64,000 nucleotides of DNA from Eledone cirrhosa (Eukaryota), in contig OZ024751.1 of the NCBI GenBank assembly GCA_964016885.1, forward strand, positions 26,226,001 through 26,290,000, given 5' to 3'. A program made the translations under genes and the position numbers. Under the pieces are notes generated by a model. It was not told the DNA's origin. It saw only the letters and a list, made by a program, of their open reading frames with translations, and ran no database searches. Every line of letters begins with the position of its first letter. The stretch's first letter is position 1. Below, piece by piece: positions 28,234-44,029 of this stretch.

Positions 28234-29088
28234 GTGTGTGTGTGTGTGTTTGAAGTAAGTTGTATATCTGGTGACATACGGTATGTTTATAAATAAACAT
28301 TTTCAAACCCTTCCGCTTCCGCTATGAATTTGAAAACTTACAGCATAGCGCCATCTAGTGTGTTCCAACAGAAGCTAAATATTGTTATATTTGAGGATGT
28401 TTCTAATATCGCCAATAAAAAGAAACACAAGCACCATATCATTTTCACTTTGTCTTTATCTTTATTTTTTGTTATTGATTTGTTTCTATCACAATATGAG
28501 ATCAATCTGAATTCGAGGAAATAATAACAGGATGGGGTAGAAGTTTAAGAGGAGGCACAAAACAGATAATCATTTAGGAGGCCACAGAATGTGTGGCGAA
28601 AGAACTTTGATAAACAAATTGATAACGAACAATAAAGACAAAGTGAAAATTATATGGTGCGTGTGTTTCTTTCTATTGGCAATACTCGAAACATGGCTAT
28701 TCCCAAATATAACAATATACACATATATATATATATATGTGTGTCTGTGTGTGTCTGTGTGTGTCAGTGTGTGTCAGTGTGTGTCAGTGTGTGTGTATGT
28801 AAGTGTGTGTATCAGTGTGTGTTTTGGTTAATTTATGAAGCATTGGGAAAATTTGAAATTCAATAAAATGGTGGCTTCTGGGGAAAGCCGATACGATGCC
28901 GATAATTATAATTAAAAGGAAAGTTTACTCGACTAATTCAACTATTAGGAATAGTTACCGAACTATAAACCTGCGTAGGCGGGCGTGTGTGTGTAAAATA
29001 GAAACAAAAATAACAAAACAAACGGCAAAGTATATGGAAGGAGTATATTAGTTTAACGCTTGAAATAGCAGGCTCTATATATATATAC

Positions 29089-29164
<76 letters not shown>

Positions 29165-29178
29165 GTATATATATATAC

Positions 29179-29274
<96 letters not shown>

Positions 29275-29292
29275 GTATATATATATATTTAC

Positions 29293-29338
<46 letters not shown>

Positions 29339-29339
29339 G

Positions 29340-29400
<61 letters not shown>

Positions 29401-29412
29401 GTATATATATAT

Positions 29413-29450
<38 letters not shown>

Positions 29451-29635
29451 TTACGTATATATATATATATATATACGTATATATATATATATATACGTAT
29501 ATATATATATATAACCAAAGTTTAAACGGTTCGTTGATTATTCAACTAATACAATTTTACAATAGATTAGAAGCACTCGACAAAAATTTTTTCTAGAGTA
29601 TTTAAATGAAAAGTATTCTCATAACCAAAATATAT

Positions 29636-29695
29636 ATTATATTATGCACATTTCAAGGTACAATGGTCTTTAAGTACGTTTTCATCAGATAAAAT
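29636..29695 (-). ncRNA. Minimal type I hammerhead (TATGTA/TGTGCA family)
   Basis: Minus strand: ttat-CTGATGA-aaacgtac...gtacctt-GAAA-tgtgca-TA-ata. Confidence 0.65.
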
Positions 29696-30078
29696 ATATG
29701 AGATTGGATATGCGACCAACCGTCAAGGTTTTGATTATTCAATTCCTGTATGTATGACGTATGTACGTATATTTGTGCATTATAAATTTCAAGAGAGAGT
29801 GTGTATGTATGAAGAGAGAGGGGTGTAGAGAAAAAATCGAATGTTGTATACCAGTTAGTCTGTATATTTCATGTGTGATAGTGTCAGCTGTGCGGGGGAG
29901 GGAGTTAGGCTTTCAATATCTAATGACGTCACCATTAAACATGAACTAATGTAACACAAACAATATAATACACAAATAATATAATACACAAATAATATAA
30001 TACACAAATAATATAATACACAAATAATATAATACACAAATAACACATATATACAACATACACACATATATACAACAT

Positions 30079-30155
<77 letters not shown>

Positions 30156-30232
30156 CAGGGTGTCCCAAAAAAATATACACACTTCAACAGCATTCTAATA
30201 AATATGTGTATACATGTTTTGGGAACAACATG
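30156..30232. mobile_element. Tiny Tc1/mariner-type MITE remnant
   Basis: TA-CAGGGTGTCCCAAAA ... TTTTGGGAACAACATG imperfect terminal inverted repeats. Confidence 0.55.
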
Positions 30233-30238
30233 TGTGTA

Positions 30239-30289
<51 letters not shown>

Positions 30290-30504
30290 CAGTTGGAGAT
30301 ATGTTTATTTAATGAATAATATTAGTTCAAATCTATTGAGGAATGAGTTGCTTGTCTTTCATACGTTTATCATCTGAAATGATACTGAGAGAGAGGGGGG
30401 AGGGAGGAGAGGGAGGAGTGGAGAGGGGGAGAATGAGGGACACAGAGAGAGAGAGAATGAGGGGGGGGGGGGTAAATATGTGAACAAGCCACGTGCTGGA
30501 TTGA

Positions 30505-30905
30505 TGGTGGATTGCTGATGGTGATGATAATGTTGGTGATGTTTATGTTGTTGTTGTTGGTGGAGGTGGTGGTAGTGCTGGTGTTGGTTTTGATGGTGGT
30601 GGTGGTGGTGTTGGTAGTGGTGTTGGTGGTGTTGTTGGTGGTGTTGGTGGTGGTGGTGGTGGTGCTGTTGGTGGTGGTGTTGGTGGTGGTGTTGGTGGTG
30701 GTGGTGATGGTGGTGTTGGTGGTATTGGTGGTGGTGTTAGTGGTGGTGTTGGTGGTGGTGGTGGTGGCGGTGTTGATGGTGTTGGTGGTGGTGTTGGTCG
30801 TGGGGGTGGTGTTGGTGGTGTCGGTGGGGGTGTTAGTGGTGGTGTTAGTGGTGGTGGTGGTGTTGGTGTTGGTGTTGGTGTTGGTGGTGGTGTTGGTGGT
30901 GCTAC
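30505..30905. repeat. (GGT/GTT)n trinucleotide repeat
   Basis: Directly visible. Similar tracts at 34082-34205 and 35153-35685. Confidence 0.95.
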
Positions 30906-32390
30906 AAATGGCTAAATGAATTAGACTACTGAGCAACCATTGGAGAGATCGGTTCCGCATTATGTGTATGTATGTATATGTTTGTGTATTTGTGTATGTA
31001 TTTGTGTGTTTGTGTATGTATGTGTACGTGTGTCAATATGCATGTATGTGTATGTTTGTGTGTATGTATGTATGATAATATTATCCCTGACCTTCATTCC
31101 TTGAAAATCGATGGAAAGAACATGGTTGGAACGTCTTTGATCGTGTCTTCAGTCGTGACCTGGGGTTATCAATGGAAATATGTTTTAACCCTTTTCTCAC
31201 CATATTTCTTAAATTAAAAATAAAAAAATTCCACTTCCGATCTATTTCAATTAATTTTAGAAATAATGAAGAATTTGAATGGATCTAATAAAATAGCTAA
31301 CATTCCCGCGAGGTTTGCTGTGCCTTTTATCCTTACGGGGTGGATAAAATAAAGTACCAGTAATGTACTGGGGTCGATTTAATCGACTTTCCCCTCCCCC
31401 AAAATTGCTGGCCTTGTGCCTATATAAGAAACAATTATTAAGGCTTCTGTTAACATAATTATTATGAAAGTCTCTGCTTATGATTTTCAAATAACCTTGA
31501 AAATAATGGAGAATTTGGAAAGATTTCTATGAAAAATACTCCTTATTAAACTGGTGTTTATTGCCATGATCGAAACACCAGTTTAATAATGGTTTTTCAT
31601 TTAGGCATAAAGCCAACACATTTTCGTGGGGTTGAGGGAAAAGTTGATTAAATCGACAGCAGTAACAGACTGGGGTCGATTAAATCGACCCCCCCCCCCC
31701 TCCCCCACCTTGCCCCACAGAATTGTTGGCTTTATGCCTAAATCAGAAACCATGATTAAACTGTGTTTGGATCATGGTAACAAATGTTCTTAAACTAATG
31801 ATGGAAAGTTATTAGATAAATATAAACATTTAACCCGTTCATTACCATATTTCTAATGGAACATAACTTAACAAAGGTTGCTAAATAAACACTTTAACCA
31901 GTTCATTACGATATTTCTAAATGAACATAATTTAACAAAGGTTGCTAAATAAATATAAACACTTTAACCCGTTCATTACCATATTTCTAAGGAAAGACAA
32001 TGATAAAGAATTTAATTTTAAAAACTGGTATAATTTAGTTTTAAAAAAACAACTAGAATAATAAAAAAAAACCCTATTAAGCCACTGTTTGGTGCCAATG
32101 TTCTTCAAGTTATGACGTTATGTTTTTAGATAAATATAAAGATTTCAACCATATTTCTAATGAAAGACAATGCCGATAATTTTCAAATGATTTGGGGAAT
32201 AACGTCTTAATTATTAAGCTAGTATTTAGAAAATAACAAAAGGTTCTGAGATAAATATAGACACTTGAATATAAACAGCTTTCTATGGTAAAAAGAGGAG
32301 ACGTTTCAAAAGAGTTGATAAAGACCTAGCAGATATTATTTAAGTCAGCTGCCAATAGAGGAGATTCTCAGATTTCCTGATAAATAGAAT

Positions 32391-32571
32391 AATTGTTTCT
32401 ACGTTAGGCACAAGGCCAGCAATTACTCAGTGTATTACTGGTACTTTATTTTATCGACCCCGTAAGGATGAAAGGCAAAGTTAACCTCGGCGGGATTTGA
32501 AAATCAGAATAGCAAGGGCCGTAACTCTATGCGTCAAAGCATGGCGTCCGGCTCTCTACCAATACTGCCAA
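32391..32571 (-). mobile_element. tRNA-derived SINE (further copies at 46817-46984 -, 60213-60362 +, 61077-61262 +; degenerate at 31305-31440, 52565-52695, 59000-59070)
   Basis: Reverse complement of the 11904 family. Confidence 0.85.
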
Positions 32572-32666
32572 ATAAATAGAATAATGAACGGGTAGCAATA
32601 AATGAATATATAGAATATTGAACGGGTGGCATGAAATATATATAGAATATTGAACTGGGGGTAAGT

Positions 32667-32852
<186 letters not shown>

Positions 32853-32989
32853 GAGAGAGAGAGAGAATATTGAACTGGGGGTAAGTAATATATATATATA
32901 TATATATTCCTGATGATTTCTAAAGAATGAAACACTTCTAGTCCTGTAGAATCTCATCTATATATATATATATATATATAGAATATTCA

Positions 32990-33785
32990 AGTGTTGTGTA
33001 GTGTAGTGTAGTGAGGTGTGGTGTAGTGTAGTGTAGTGTGATGTAGTGTAGTGTGGTGTAGTGTGGTGTGGTGTAGTGTAGTGTAGTGTGGTGTAGTGTG
33101 GTGTAGTGTGGTGTGATGTAGTGTAGTGTGGTGTGGTGTAGTGTAGTGTAGTGTAGTGTAGTGTAGTGTGGTGTGGTGTAGTGTGGTGTGGTGTGGTGTA
33201 GTGTGGTGTAGTGTGGTGTGGTGTGGTGTGGTGTAGTGTAGTGCAGTGTGATGTAGTGTAGTGTAGTGTGATGTAGTGTGGTGTAGTGTGGGTGGTGTAG
33301 TGTGGTGTAGTGTGGTATAGTGTGGTGTGGTGTGGTGTGGTGTAGTGTGGTGTGGTGTGGTGTAGTGTAGTGTGGTGTAGTGTAGTGTAGTGTGGTATAG
33401 TGTAGTGTGGTGTGGTGTAGTGTGGTGTGGTGTAGTGTGGTGTGATGTAGTGTGGTGTAGTGTGGGTGGTGTAGTGTGGTGTGGTGTAGTATAGTGTGGT
33501 GTGGTATAGTGTGGTGTAGTGTGGTGTGATGTAGTGTGGTGTAGTGTGGTGTGATGTGGTGTAGTGTAGTGTGGTGTAGTGTGGTGTGATGTAGTGTGGT
33601 GTGATGTAGTGTAGTGTGGTGTAGTGTGATGTAGTGTGGTGTGGTGTGGTGTAGTGTAGTGTGATGTGGTGTGATGTAGTGTAGTGTGGTGTAGTGTGGT
33701 GTAGTGTGGTGTGATGTAGTGTAGTGTGGTGTAGTGTGGTGTGATGTAGTGTGGTGTGGTGTGGTGTGGTGTAGTGTGGTGTGAT
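32990..33785. repeat. (GTGTA/GTGTG)n pentanucleotide satellite
   Basis: Directly visible. Confidence 0.95.
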
Positions 33786-34296
33786 AGAGGGGGAGCAACC
33801 TACTATTGTTGACTTTCCAGTTCTCGAATTAATTTATTCTAAAGTAGGGTGGAGACATCGTCGCCCACTCATCGATCTTTTGTTTTCTCAATATCCCAGA
33901 GGTTCAATTATTAAGTTTTACTATTGACTAACGGAAAGGCAATGGTTGCACAGCGTCAATAGAACCACCAGTAAATTCCTGTTTCGTCAATCATTGCAGG
34001 CGTCCAGGTGGAACTGAACATGGCTGAGTGGTTAGGAAGTTTGCTTCGAACCCACGATGACCCGAGTTCGATCCCACTGTGTAGTGGTGGTGGTGGTGGT
34101 TGTGGTGATGGTGGTGGTGTGGTGGTGGTGGTCGTGGTGATGGTGGTGGTGTGGTGGTGGTGCTGGTGCTGGTGGGTGGTGCTGGTGGGTGGTGGTGGTG
34201 GTGGTGGGAGGATCTCGATGGTGATGATGGTTGAACTGAATGTTCATCGTTGACACCGACGGAAAAAAGACATCATATTTCACAGGTCCTGAATCT

Positions 34297-34360
<64 letters not shown>

Positions 34361-34364
<4 letters not shown>

Positions 34365-34620
34365 AGACCACCTTCGGACACGAATGACGATGGGACTTTC
34401 GCCTAGAAAGTTCCCCTCCGAAGCACAAGTCCGTCAGGGTTGTTTGTGGAAGACCAGCTGTCACCCATGAATACCAGTCTCCTCTCTCCACGCCACCGAT
34501 GTTGTCCAAGGGAAAGGCAATGGCCGATACAGCTTGGTATCAGTGACGTCAGATCTAATTTCTACAGCTGAGTGAACTGGAGCAACGTGAAATAAAGTGT
34601 CTTGCTCAAGGATACAACGT
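34361..34620 (-). mobile_element. Second SINE-like family (also 38195-38440; fragment at ~6150-6200)
   Basis: Two homologous copies ending in aaataaagtgtcttgctcaagga/aacacaac, the antisense of a common tRNA-SINE core. tRNA-like heads at ~9598-9670, 34020-34080 and 63190-63275. Confidence 0.65.
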
Positions 34621-35469
34621 GATGCATTGTATTAGTAAAGAGAAATGATTTCAACTGACTTCTTCAGAACAACAGAGAATAAACGATAAACAAATCTGAT
34701 TCATTGGAATACAAATAAACGATCTTTGGTAATCAGCCAACATCTGACTCCATGAAATTCTTCCCTAATCCTCTCCCCCACCCTAGTATTGAGATTCTCC
34801 AGGAACTACACACCTGGATAAACTAACAGCTAAATTCAGCGAAGAAATTCTTCCTAAATCCTCTACTCGTGTTAGTACCAAGAATTTCAGAACTACACAC
34901 CTGGATGTCCAGCATGGCGTGTGTCAGTAAGAAACACCTTTAATTACTTCCCACGTAATCACTCACCGATCCTTAAATAAACACAACTTACCAATTCTAA
35001 CAACTGAGGTTCTCTATTTTCAGTTGGGACTCCTGTAGATATTCTTGTTCGTTTATTCATTCAATCATTCGTTTATACATTTATTCTAGCAGTCATCCTT
35101 TCATTCATACATTTGTTCATTCGACGCAATGTCAAAAGAATTTACCGTATTTACCACCACCACCACCACCACCACCACTACTACCACCACCACCACCACC
35201 ACTACCACCACCACCACCACCACCACCACCACCACCAATATCACCACCAACACCACCACCACCATCACCACCACCACCACCACCACTCTACTGACGTAAA
35301 TTATTCAGTAATTAATTAATCAGTTTATTACACTCCCATTAACCACCTCCATGTTGTTGTGGTGGTGGTGGTGGTGGTGGTGGTGGTGGTGGTAGTAGTA
35401 GTAGTAGTGGTAACGGTGGTGGTGGTGGTGGTGGTGGAAGTAGTAGTAGTGGTGGTCGTGGTGGTGGTG

Positions 35470-35534
<65 letters not shown>

Positions 35535-35541
35535 GGTGGTG

Positions 35542-35603
<62 letters not shown>

Positions 35604-35756
35604 GATGGTGGTAGGTAGTAGTAGTAGTAGTAGTGGTGGTGGTGGTGGTGGTGGTGGTGGTGGTGGTGGTGGTGGTGGTGGTAGTAGTTACCCTTCAGAG
35701 TTCTGTGCAATATTACATATTGGAAGAAGCTTGAGGGCTGGATGAAATGAAACTGT

Positions 35757-36585
35757 GGCTGGGTTTCACCGACGGGCTGAGGTCCCCTGCTGTACATATG
35801 GAGGGCAGTGCCAGATAGAAGGTGGGTTTCACTGACGGGCTGAGGTCCCCTGCTGTACATATGGAGGGCAGTGCCAGATAGAAGGTGGGTTTCACTGACG
35901 GGCTGAGGTCCCCTGCTGTACATATGGAGGGCAGTGCCAGATAGAAGGTGGGTTTCACCGACGGGCTGAGGTCCCCTGCTGTACATATGGAGAGCAGTGC
36001 CAGATAGAAGGTGGGTTTCACTGACGGGCTGAGGTCCCCTGCTGTACATATGGAGGGCAGTGCCAGATAGAAGGTGGGTTTCACCGACGGGCTGAGGTCC
36101 CCTGCTGTACATATGGAGAGCAGTGCCAGATAGAAGGTGGGTTTCACTGACGGGCTGAGGTCCCCTGCTGTACATATGGAGGGCAGTGCCAGATAGAAGG
36201 TGGGGGTTTCACCGACGGGCTGAGGTCCCCTGCTGTACATATGGAGAGCAGTGCCAGATAGAAGGTGGGTTTCACTGAACGGGCTGAGGTCCCCTGCTGT
36301 ACATATGGAGGGCAGTGCCAGATAGAAGGTGGGTTTCACTGACGGGCTGAGGTCCCCTGCTGTACATATGGAGGGCAGTGCCAGATAGAAGGTGGGTTTC
36401 ACCGACGGGCTGAGGTCCCCTGCTGTACATATGGAGAGCAGTGCCAGATAGAAGGTGGGTTTCACTGACGGGCTGAGGTCCCCTGCTGTACAGTATTGGA
36501 GGGCAGTGCCAGATAGAAGGTGGGTTTCACCGACGGGCTGAGGTCCCCTGCTGTACATATGGTGAGGGCAGTGCCAGATAGAAGG
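35757..36585. repeat. GC-rich 63-bp minisatellite, ~13 copies
   Basis: Unit gtttcactgacgggctgaggtcccctgctgtacatatggagggcagtgccagatagaaggtgg. Confidence 0.95.
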
Positions 36586-36869
36586 TAATCTTAAGGCAAC
36601 CTAAACGTTTTCTATTGGAATAGTCACATCACGCTTTAACCTTATCTTTCTTTCAGGGTCGATAAATAAAGGACGGTGGATTGGGGGAATTGTTATGTCA
36701 TCAGACAAGACTTGTAGCATCCGTCCTGGTTCTGCACGTTCTCAGTTCAAATCCTTCACTTTACTGGAATCTCATCCATAATAGGGTTATTAAGAAACTC
36801 TAAAGTCAAGACCAACGTCAGACAGAGAGAGAGAGTGTGTGTGAGAGAGGGAGAGAGAGAGAGGGGTAG

Positions 36870-37330
36870 GGAGAAATAGAGAGGCTGCATATGACCAACG
36901 TAAGACACAGTGAGAGGGGGGTGAGGGAGAGAGAGGGAGAGAGGGAGATATAGAAAGGCTGCATATGACCAACGTAAGACACAGTGAGAGGGGGGTGAGG
37001 GAGAGAGAGGGAGAGAGGGAGAGATAGAGAGGCTGCATGTGACCAACGTAAGACACAGTGAGAGGAGGGTGGGTGAGGGAGAGAGAGGGAGAGAGAGAGG
37101 GATAGAGAGGCTGCATATGACCAACATAAGACACAGTGAGAGGGGGTGGGGGGAGAGAGAGGGAGAGTGGGAGAGAGGGAGAGATAGAGAGGCTGCATAT
37201 GACCAACGTAAGACTCGGTGAGAGGGAGGGGGAGAGGGAGAGATAGAGAGGCTGCATATGACCAACGTAAGACACAGAGAGAGGGGGGAGGGGGAGAGGT
37301 AGAGATAGAGAGGTTGCATATGAGACTGAG
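36870..37330. repeat. ~60-80-bp minisatellite with GA-rich spacers, ~7 copies
   Basis: Core gatagagaggctgcatatgaccaacgtaagacacag. Confidence 0.9.
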
Positions 37331-37464
37331 AGACAGAGAGAGGGAGAGAGAGGGAGAGAGAGGGAGAGAGAGAGGGAGAGAGAGAGCGAGAGAGAGAGGG
37401 CTACAATGAACTCCCACAAATGAGTCCTATAAATGTGTCCTGACAGACACACACACATAGGCAG

Positions 37465-37499
<35 letters not shown>

Positions 37500-38447
37500 C
37501 AGGCAGGCACACACACACATACATACACACACACATATACAGACACGCACACACATGCAGGCACATACACATACATACACACACACATATACAGACACGC
37601 ACACACAAACACACACACATGCAGGCAGGCACATACACATACATACACACACACATATACAGACACGCACACACAAACACACACACACACACATACACAA
37701 TCAAATGAAGATTATGTTACCTAGATACGGAAGTAGAATTTGTTGCTTCTGTCAGGATATTTATTGGTCAAGAAAGTCTGTTGTTAGTTAAAAATATTGT
37801 CTCTAAACACTTTGTGAAACATTAATATCTAAATAGACAATTACTAGGCAATCAGACGGAGTTTGTGAATACTATCTGCTTCCTTGTAACAATAAAGTTA
37901 CATAGAAATAGCAGAGTCTGGTTTCAAAGTTGCTATGTCGAGGAATGGCAGTGAGAATGAGCTCTGCTTAAAAAATGCTCCTTATGGCATGCGCCTCAAA
38001 TAGCCACTGGCAACCAAGTCCAACTCCCGGCCTTCTCGTTTGACTTAATGTGTAAGCCCAGCGTAACTACCCTACAGATAGGAGAATGGGCGTAGGCGGG
38101 TTCTGGTGCCTTCAAACCAGTGCTCTGGGTAGATGTCACAATAAAGTTACATAGAAATAACAGAGTCTTAGAAATAGAAGCTCAATTATTCAATGGTAAA
38201 TAGGGTAAAGGGTGAAGAGCCCCTTCGGTCATGAATGACCTTGGGATTTGCACAAGTCCGGGCAAGATAGTTTGTGGAAGACCAACTGTTACCCATGCAT
38301 ACAAGTCTCCCCTCTCCACGCCACTGATGTTGTCCAAGGGAAAGGAAAAGTCCGATGTAGCTTGTCACCAGTGACATCGCACCTCATTTCTACAGCTGAG
38401 TAAAATAAAGTGTCTTGCTCAAGAACACAACGTGAAATAAAGCGAGC

Positions 38448-38506
<59 letters not shown>

Positions 38507-38933
38507 CCTCTCCGGTTCTCTCTTTCGATCTCGCTTGTTTGTTGGTCCCGGTTGCACGTGCGTCGTACACCCTTTTGGATTAACTCCTTTTCCCTTCTCC
38601 TCCCTCTCTCTCGCTATCCCTCTTACTCACCCCCTCTGCCTTCTACCCCTCTCACTTCCGGTTCCTCCGTCTTTCTCCCTCTCTTTGCGCTCGCTTTCAC
38701 TGAGAATAGACGTGGATTTACCTACCTCCGCTGTTATTATGGCCCCTGAGCTTAAACACAACGGCTTTTTTAACTTGATCTATTTTCTCTTCGGTTACTC
38801 ACTTACATGTGCCATTGGCCCGTGTTCCCCTTCTATCGGTATGTTTACTTCTTTTTTTCTTCTTTTTTTCTTTCTTTCTCTTTCTTCGCTATCGCGTCTT
38901 TCCCTCATGGCTTTTTTATAGATAAAAGGCTAT

Positions 38934-39008
38934 GGGCGCGCTACGGATAGATGTATTGTTTATAATACGCCGAAACATCTGTGATCCGTAGTAAACAGCT
39001 GACGAAGG
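38934..39008 (+). ncRNA. Candidate non-circularly permuted hammerhead ribozyme
   Basis: ctacggat-agatG-TA-ttgttta ... cgcc-GAAA-catct-gtg-atccgtag-taaacag-CTGACGA-agg. Stems I and III pair; the strand order is cleavage strand, GAAA strand, CUGA strand. Confidence 0.7.
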
Positions 39009-39097
39009 GAAACTGTCCATCTCTTCTTTGTGTCGCCTTACCTTCTAACACTCGTTAACAGTAACCACACAGCCTCGCCTCCCTCAATCCATATTTT

Positions 39098-39246
<149 letters not shown>

Positions 39247-39327
39247 AATTATAAGAAACGAAATTAACTGTGTGGTTACTGTAAACAAAGTTTAAGATGG
39301 TAATATGGACGAAACAAGAGAAGAAAT

Positions 39328-39407
39328 CCTTCATCAGCTGTAAACCGCAGATCATAGATGTTTCGGCGCTTAATACAGAACATCAAAAAGCGATCAGCGG
39401 CGCGCCC
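39328..39407 (-). ncRNA. Second, diverged candidate non-circularly permuted hammerhead
   Basis: Minus strand: ccgctgatc-gcttttt-gatG-TT-ctgta ... cgcc-GAAA-catc-tat-gatctgcgg-tt-tacag-CTGATGA-agg. Compensatory changes relative to copy 1. Confidence 0.7.
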
Positions 39408-39670
39408 AAGGCATTTTATCGATCAAAAGACCAGGAGGGAAAGAAAAGAAAAAAAGAAGAAAAAAAAGGGGAAAAGTAGTGAGGAGAGAGGAAGAAAGAG
39501 AAAAAAAAACAAGTAAACAGACCAAATGGCGGTTTTGGGGGGGGGGGGGGGGGCGTATAACATGCAAGTGAGTAACCGAGGAAAAAATAGGATAGAATAA
39601 GTTATAGCGAACCGATTATACTATATATACACACATACATACATACATATATATTTATAAAACCATATTT

Positions 39671-39733
39671 ATTTCATTATACATATTTCAAGGACACCAA
39701 GTTAAATTATGGTGTACTTTCATCAGATAAAAT
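39671..39733 (-). ncRNA. Minimal type I hammerhead (TATGTA family); inverted partner core at 39813-39868 (+)
   Basis: Minus strand: attttat-CTGATGA-aagtacacca...tggtgtcctt-GAAA-tatgta-TA-atgaaat. Confidence 0.82.
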
Positions 39734-39991
39734 ATAATATAGAGCAGTTTTATAAATAAATATTGACATACCGTTAAAGAATGCAACCATTACTGTTGGA
39801 AGGTCCCGGGAGCTGATGAAAGCACACCATAATTTAACTTGATGTCCTTGAAATATGTATAATAAAATAAATATGGTTTTATAAATATAGTTTCCATTTG
39901 TTAATATCGTATTTTACTCCATTTGTTGAGTGCTTTATATCAGTTATAAAAATATTTGCTTGTTGTATCCCAACAATTTAAATAGATCTTT

Positions 39992-40041
<50 letters not shown>

Positions 40042-40389
40042 TATAAATATATATATATTTATGTATATAAATAAATAAATTATATATATATATGTGTGTG
40101 TATTCAAGCGCGCGTGTATATAAATGTAGGTGTATATAATATTCTATAGACCATACGATCAATGTTTGCCAGTTAAACATGAGTCATCCAATATCCAATG
40201 TTATTTCTAATCTATCTTCAAAGGTAAACTACTTTCATTAATATATTACACTGTCATACACACATACACACACATATATACACACATATACACACACACA
40301 CTCATACACACACAATATATATATACACATATATATACACATACACACACACATATACACACACACATATACACTCATAAACACATCGG

Positions 40390-40580
<191 letters not shown>

Positions 40581-41281
40581 ATATACACACACACACACAC
40601 ATATATATATTCCGATGATTTGATCAGAGACACACACTGTATTTAAGGTCAAGCGACGCAACTTCGAGTGACTAGCGGCCTTTAGACTCACATTCATACA
40701 TACATCACTGCACTGATACTAACTTTTGCTGGACCGGCAACTGCTCTGCTTAATCACCTCTTAAACATCACTGGAATTCTATAAGAATCCAGCTTCGATA
40801 AGTCTCGGCAAAAGCGGAGGGCTAAGCAATCTTGATAACCGGTAACAAACGAGAAACAGCTGTCGGTGCTTCCCTTTGATTTTGCCGAGACAAAGTAAGT
40901 GACGTAGTCACTACTTTAAAACTCATAGCGAATGGTCTTCAAAATGTTTTAAAATAAACATACAGTATATTAACAAATATACTATACATACATTCATATA
41001 TATATTTATATATTGTAAATAAATTTTCTTAAAGACTCCAGTTGCATTTTCAAGTTCTTATTCAAACACTCATATATGAAAAAACAACCTGTGACCCCCC
41101 CCCCCCCCCCTTGTTTGAAGAACTTTGTAACTGGCGCGAAATTTATTATAATTATTGACCAACCAATCAAATTACTTCTCGAAAAACCTGGCATTTCGAG
41201 CCACTTTTTCCATATAAAACAAGTAACATTCAGAGACCAACTAGATGTGAGAAAAACCACAGATCCTCCATCTCAACTCTA

Positions 41282-41314
41282 CTTTTGAAAAGCAGAACTG
41301 CGAAACCGGTAAAG
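41282..41314 (+). ncRNA. Minimal hammerhead, U3-A8 core variant
   Basis: ctt-TTGAAAA-gcag-aa-ctgc-GAAA-ccgg-TA-aag. Confidence 0.7.
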
Positions 41315-41383
41315 GAACCAAATAAATATATATATATTTTTTTAAATAAGACTCCAGTTGCATTTTCGATTTCATCTTTTTTT

Positions 41384-41469
<86 letters not shown>

Positions 41470-41477
41470 ATATATAT

Positions 41478-42372
<895 letters not shown>

Positions 42373-42723
42373 TATATATATATATATATATTTACTTCGT
42401 TGCTTTTTTTTATAAAGTTTGAATTACTTCTTTCCGTTTTGTTATATGTCAAGTAGCTTCTGTATTGTTTTCTAAACAATATAAAGACCGGTTGGTGGTG
42501 GTGCTGTAGGACACGAAATAACGACCAACATAAACGTAATCGGGATGGTCTTGTTTATTTATTCATTTAGTTATTTTTACTGGTTTCAGCGATTATACTG
42601 CGGCTATGCAGGGGCACCACCTTGATTTAGCCAATCATATCGACCTCTTTTCAATTAGAGCCAGATCTTTTCTTCATTTGAATCAGTCATTTCCAAATTT
42701 TCTTAATTTTTTAAAAAGTTGTG

Positions 42724-43650
42724 TGGCCCGTTTTATGATGAACCATATCATATGCGGCCCGTCTTATGATGAACCATATCCTATGTGGCCCGTCTTATGA
42801 TGAACCATATCCTATGTGGCCCGTCTTATGATGAACCATATCCTATGTGGCCCGTCTTATGATGAACCATATCCTATGTGGCCCGTCTTATGATGAAGCA
42901 TATCCTATGTGGCCCGTCTTATGATGAACCATATCCTATGTGGCCCGTTTTATGATGAACCATATCCTATGTGGCCCGTCTTATGATGAACCATATCCTA
43001 TGTGGCCCGTCTTATGATGAACCATATCCTATGTGGCCCGTCTTATGATGAACCATATCCTATGTGGCCCGTCTTATGATGAACCATATCCTATGTGGCC
43101 CGTTTTATGATGAACCATATCCTATGTGGCCCGTCTTATGATGAACCATATCCTATGTGGCCCGTCTTATGATGAACCATATCCTATGTGGCCCGTTTTA
43201 TTATGAACCGTATCCTATGTGGCCCGTCTTATGATGAACCATATCCTATGTGGCCCGTTTTATGATGAACCATATCCTATGTGGCCCGTCTTATGATGAA
43301 CCATATCCTATGTGGCCCCCGGTCTTATGATGAACCATATCCTATGTGGCCCGTTTTATGATGAACCATATCCTATGTGGCCCGTCTTATGATGAACCAT
43401 ATCCTATGTGGCCCGTTTTATGATGAACCATATCCTATGTGGCCCGTCTTATGATGAACCATATCCTATGTGGCCCCCGGTCTTATGATGAACCATATCC
43501 TATGTGGCCCCCGGTCTTATGATGAACCATATCCTATGTGGCCCGTTTTATGATGAACCATATCCTATGTGGCCCGTTTTATGATGAACCATATCCTATG
43601 CGGCCCGTCTTATGATGAACCATATCCTATGCGGCCCGTCTTATGATGAA
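42724..43650. repeat. 31-bp minisatellite, ~30 copies
   Basis: Unit tggcccgtcttatgatgaaccatatcctatg. Confidence 0.97.
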
Positions 43651-44029
43651 ATATGTTAGTCATACCTAATTTGAAGTGAAACAGTCGATCGTCAGCAACG
43701 TATCGCAGGTGTCCATTACACCATCAAAACCAAACATTCTGATTGGTTTACAATAGCTGGAAACTAGTCGACATGATCCACTGAGTTTTGTTCTCCTGTA
43801 ATAATGGGGTTGATTAATGATGGAAACTAGTAAATTTACTGTGGAACCCCTAAGCCTTTATTCCCCCCTGTCTAGGGATCTGTATGGTGCCACCCTGTGG
43901 AACCCTTTATTAGAACGCCAGAGGAAATATCTTACACTATTCTGGTTTTCTGAGTTCAATTCTTTCTGTGGTCAGTTGATAAAATAAGATACCATCAGTC
44001 CAGAGATGGTGGATTAGTAGAGTGGTAGG

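Noticed and set aside
35699-35822. Selenoprotein-like reading EFCAILHIGRSLRAG-TGA-NETVAGFHRRAEVPCC
   Set aside because: No recognisable family, no SECIS seen, and the sequence is mostly a VNTR unit.
40795-40895. Short inverted repeat tctcggcaaaa/ttttgccgaga and a nearby ccgatga
   Set aside because: I could not assemble a full ribozyme core or define element ends. Insufficient support.
42724-43650. ATGATGA in each 31-bp unit as a hammerhead core or snoRNA C box
   Set aside because: No GAAA/UH partner and no D box with a terminal stem in the unit.
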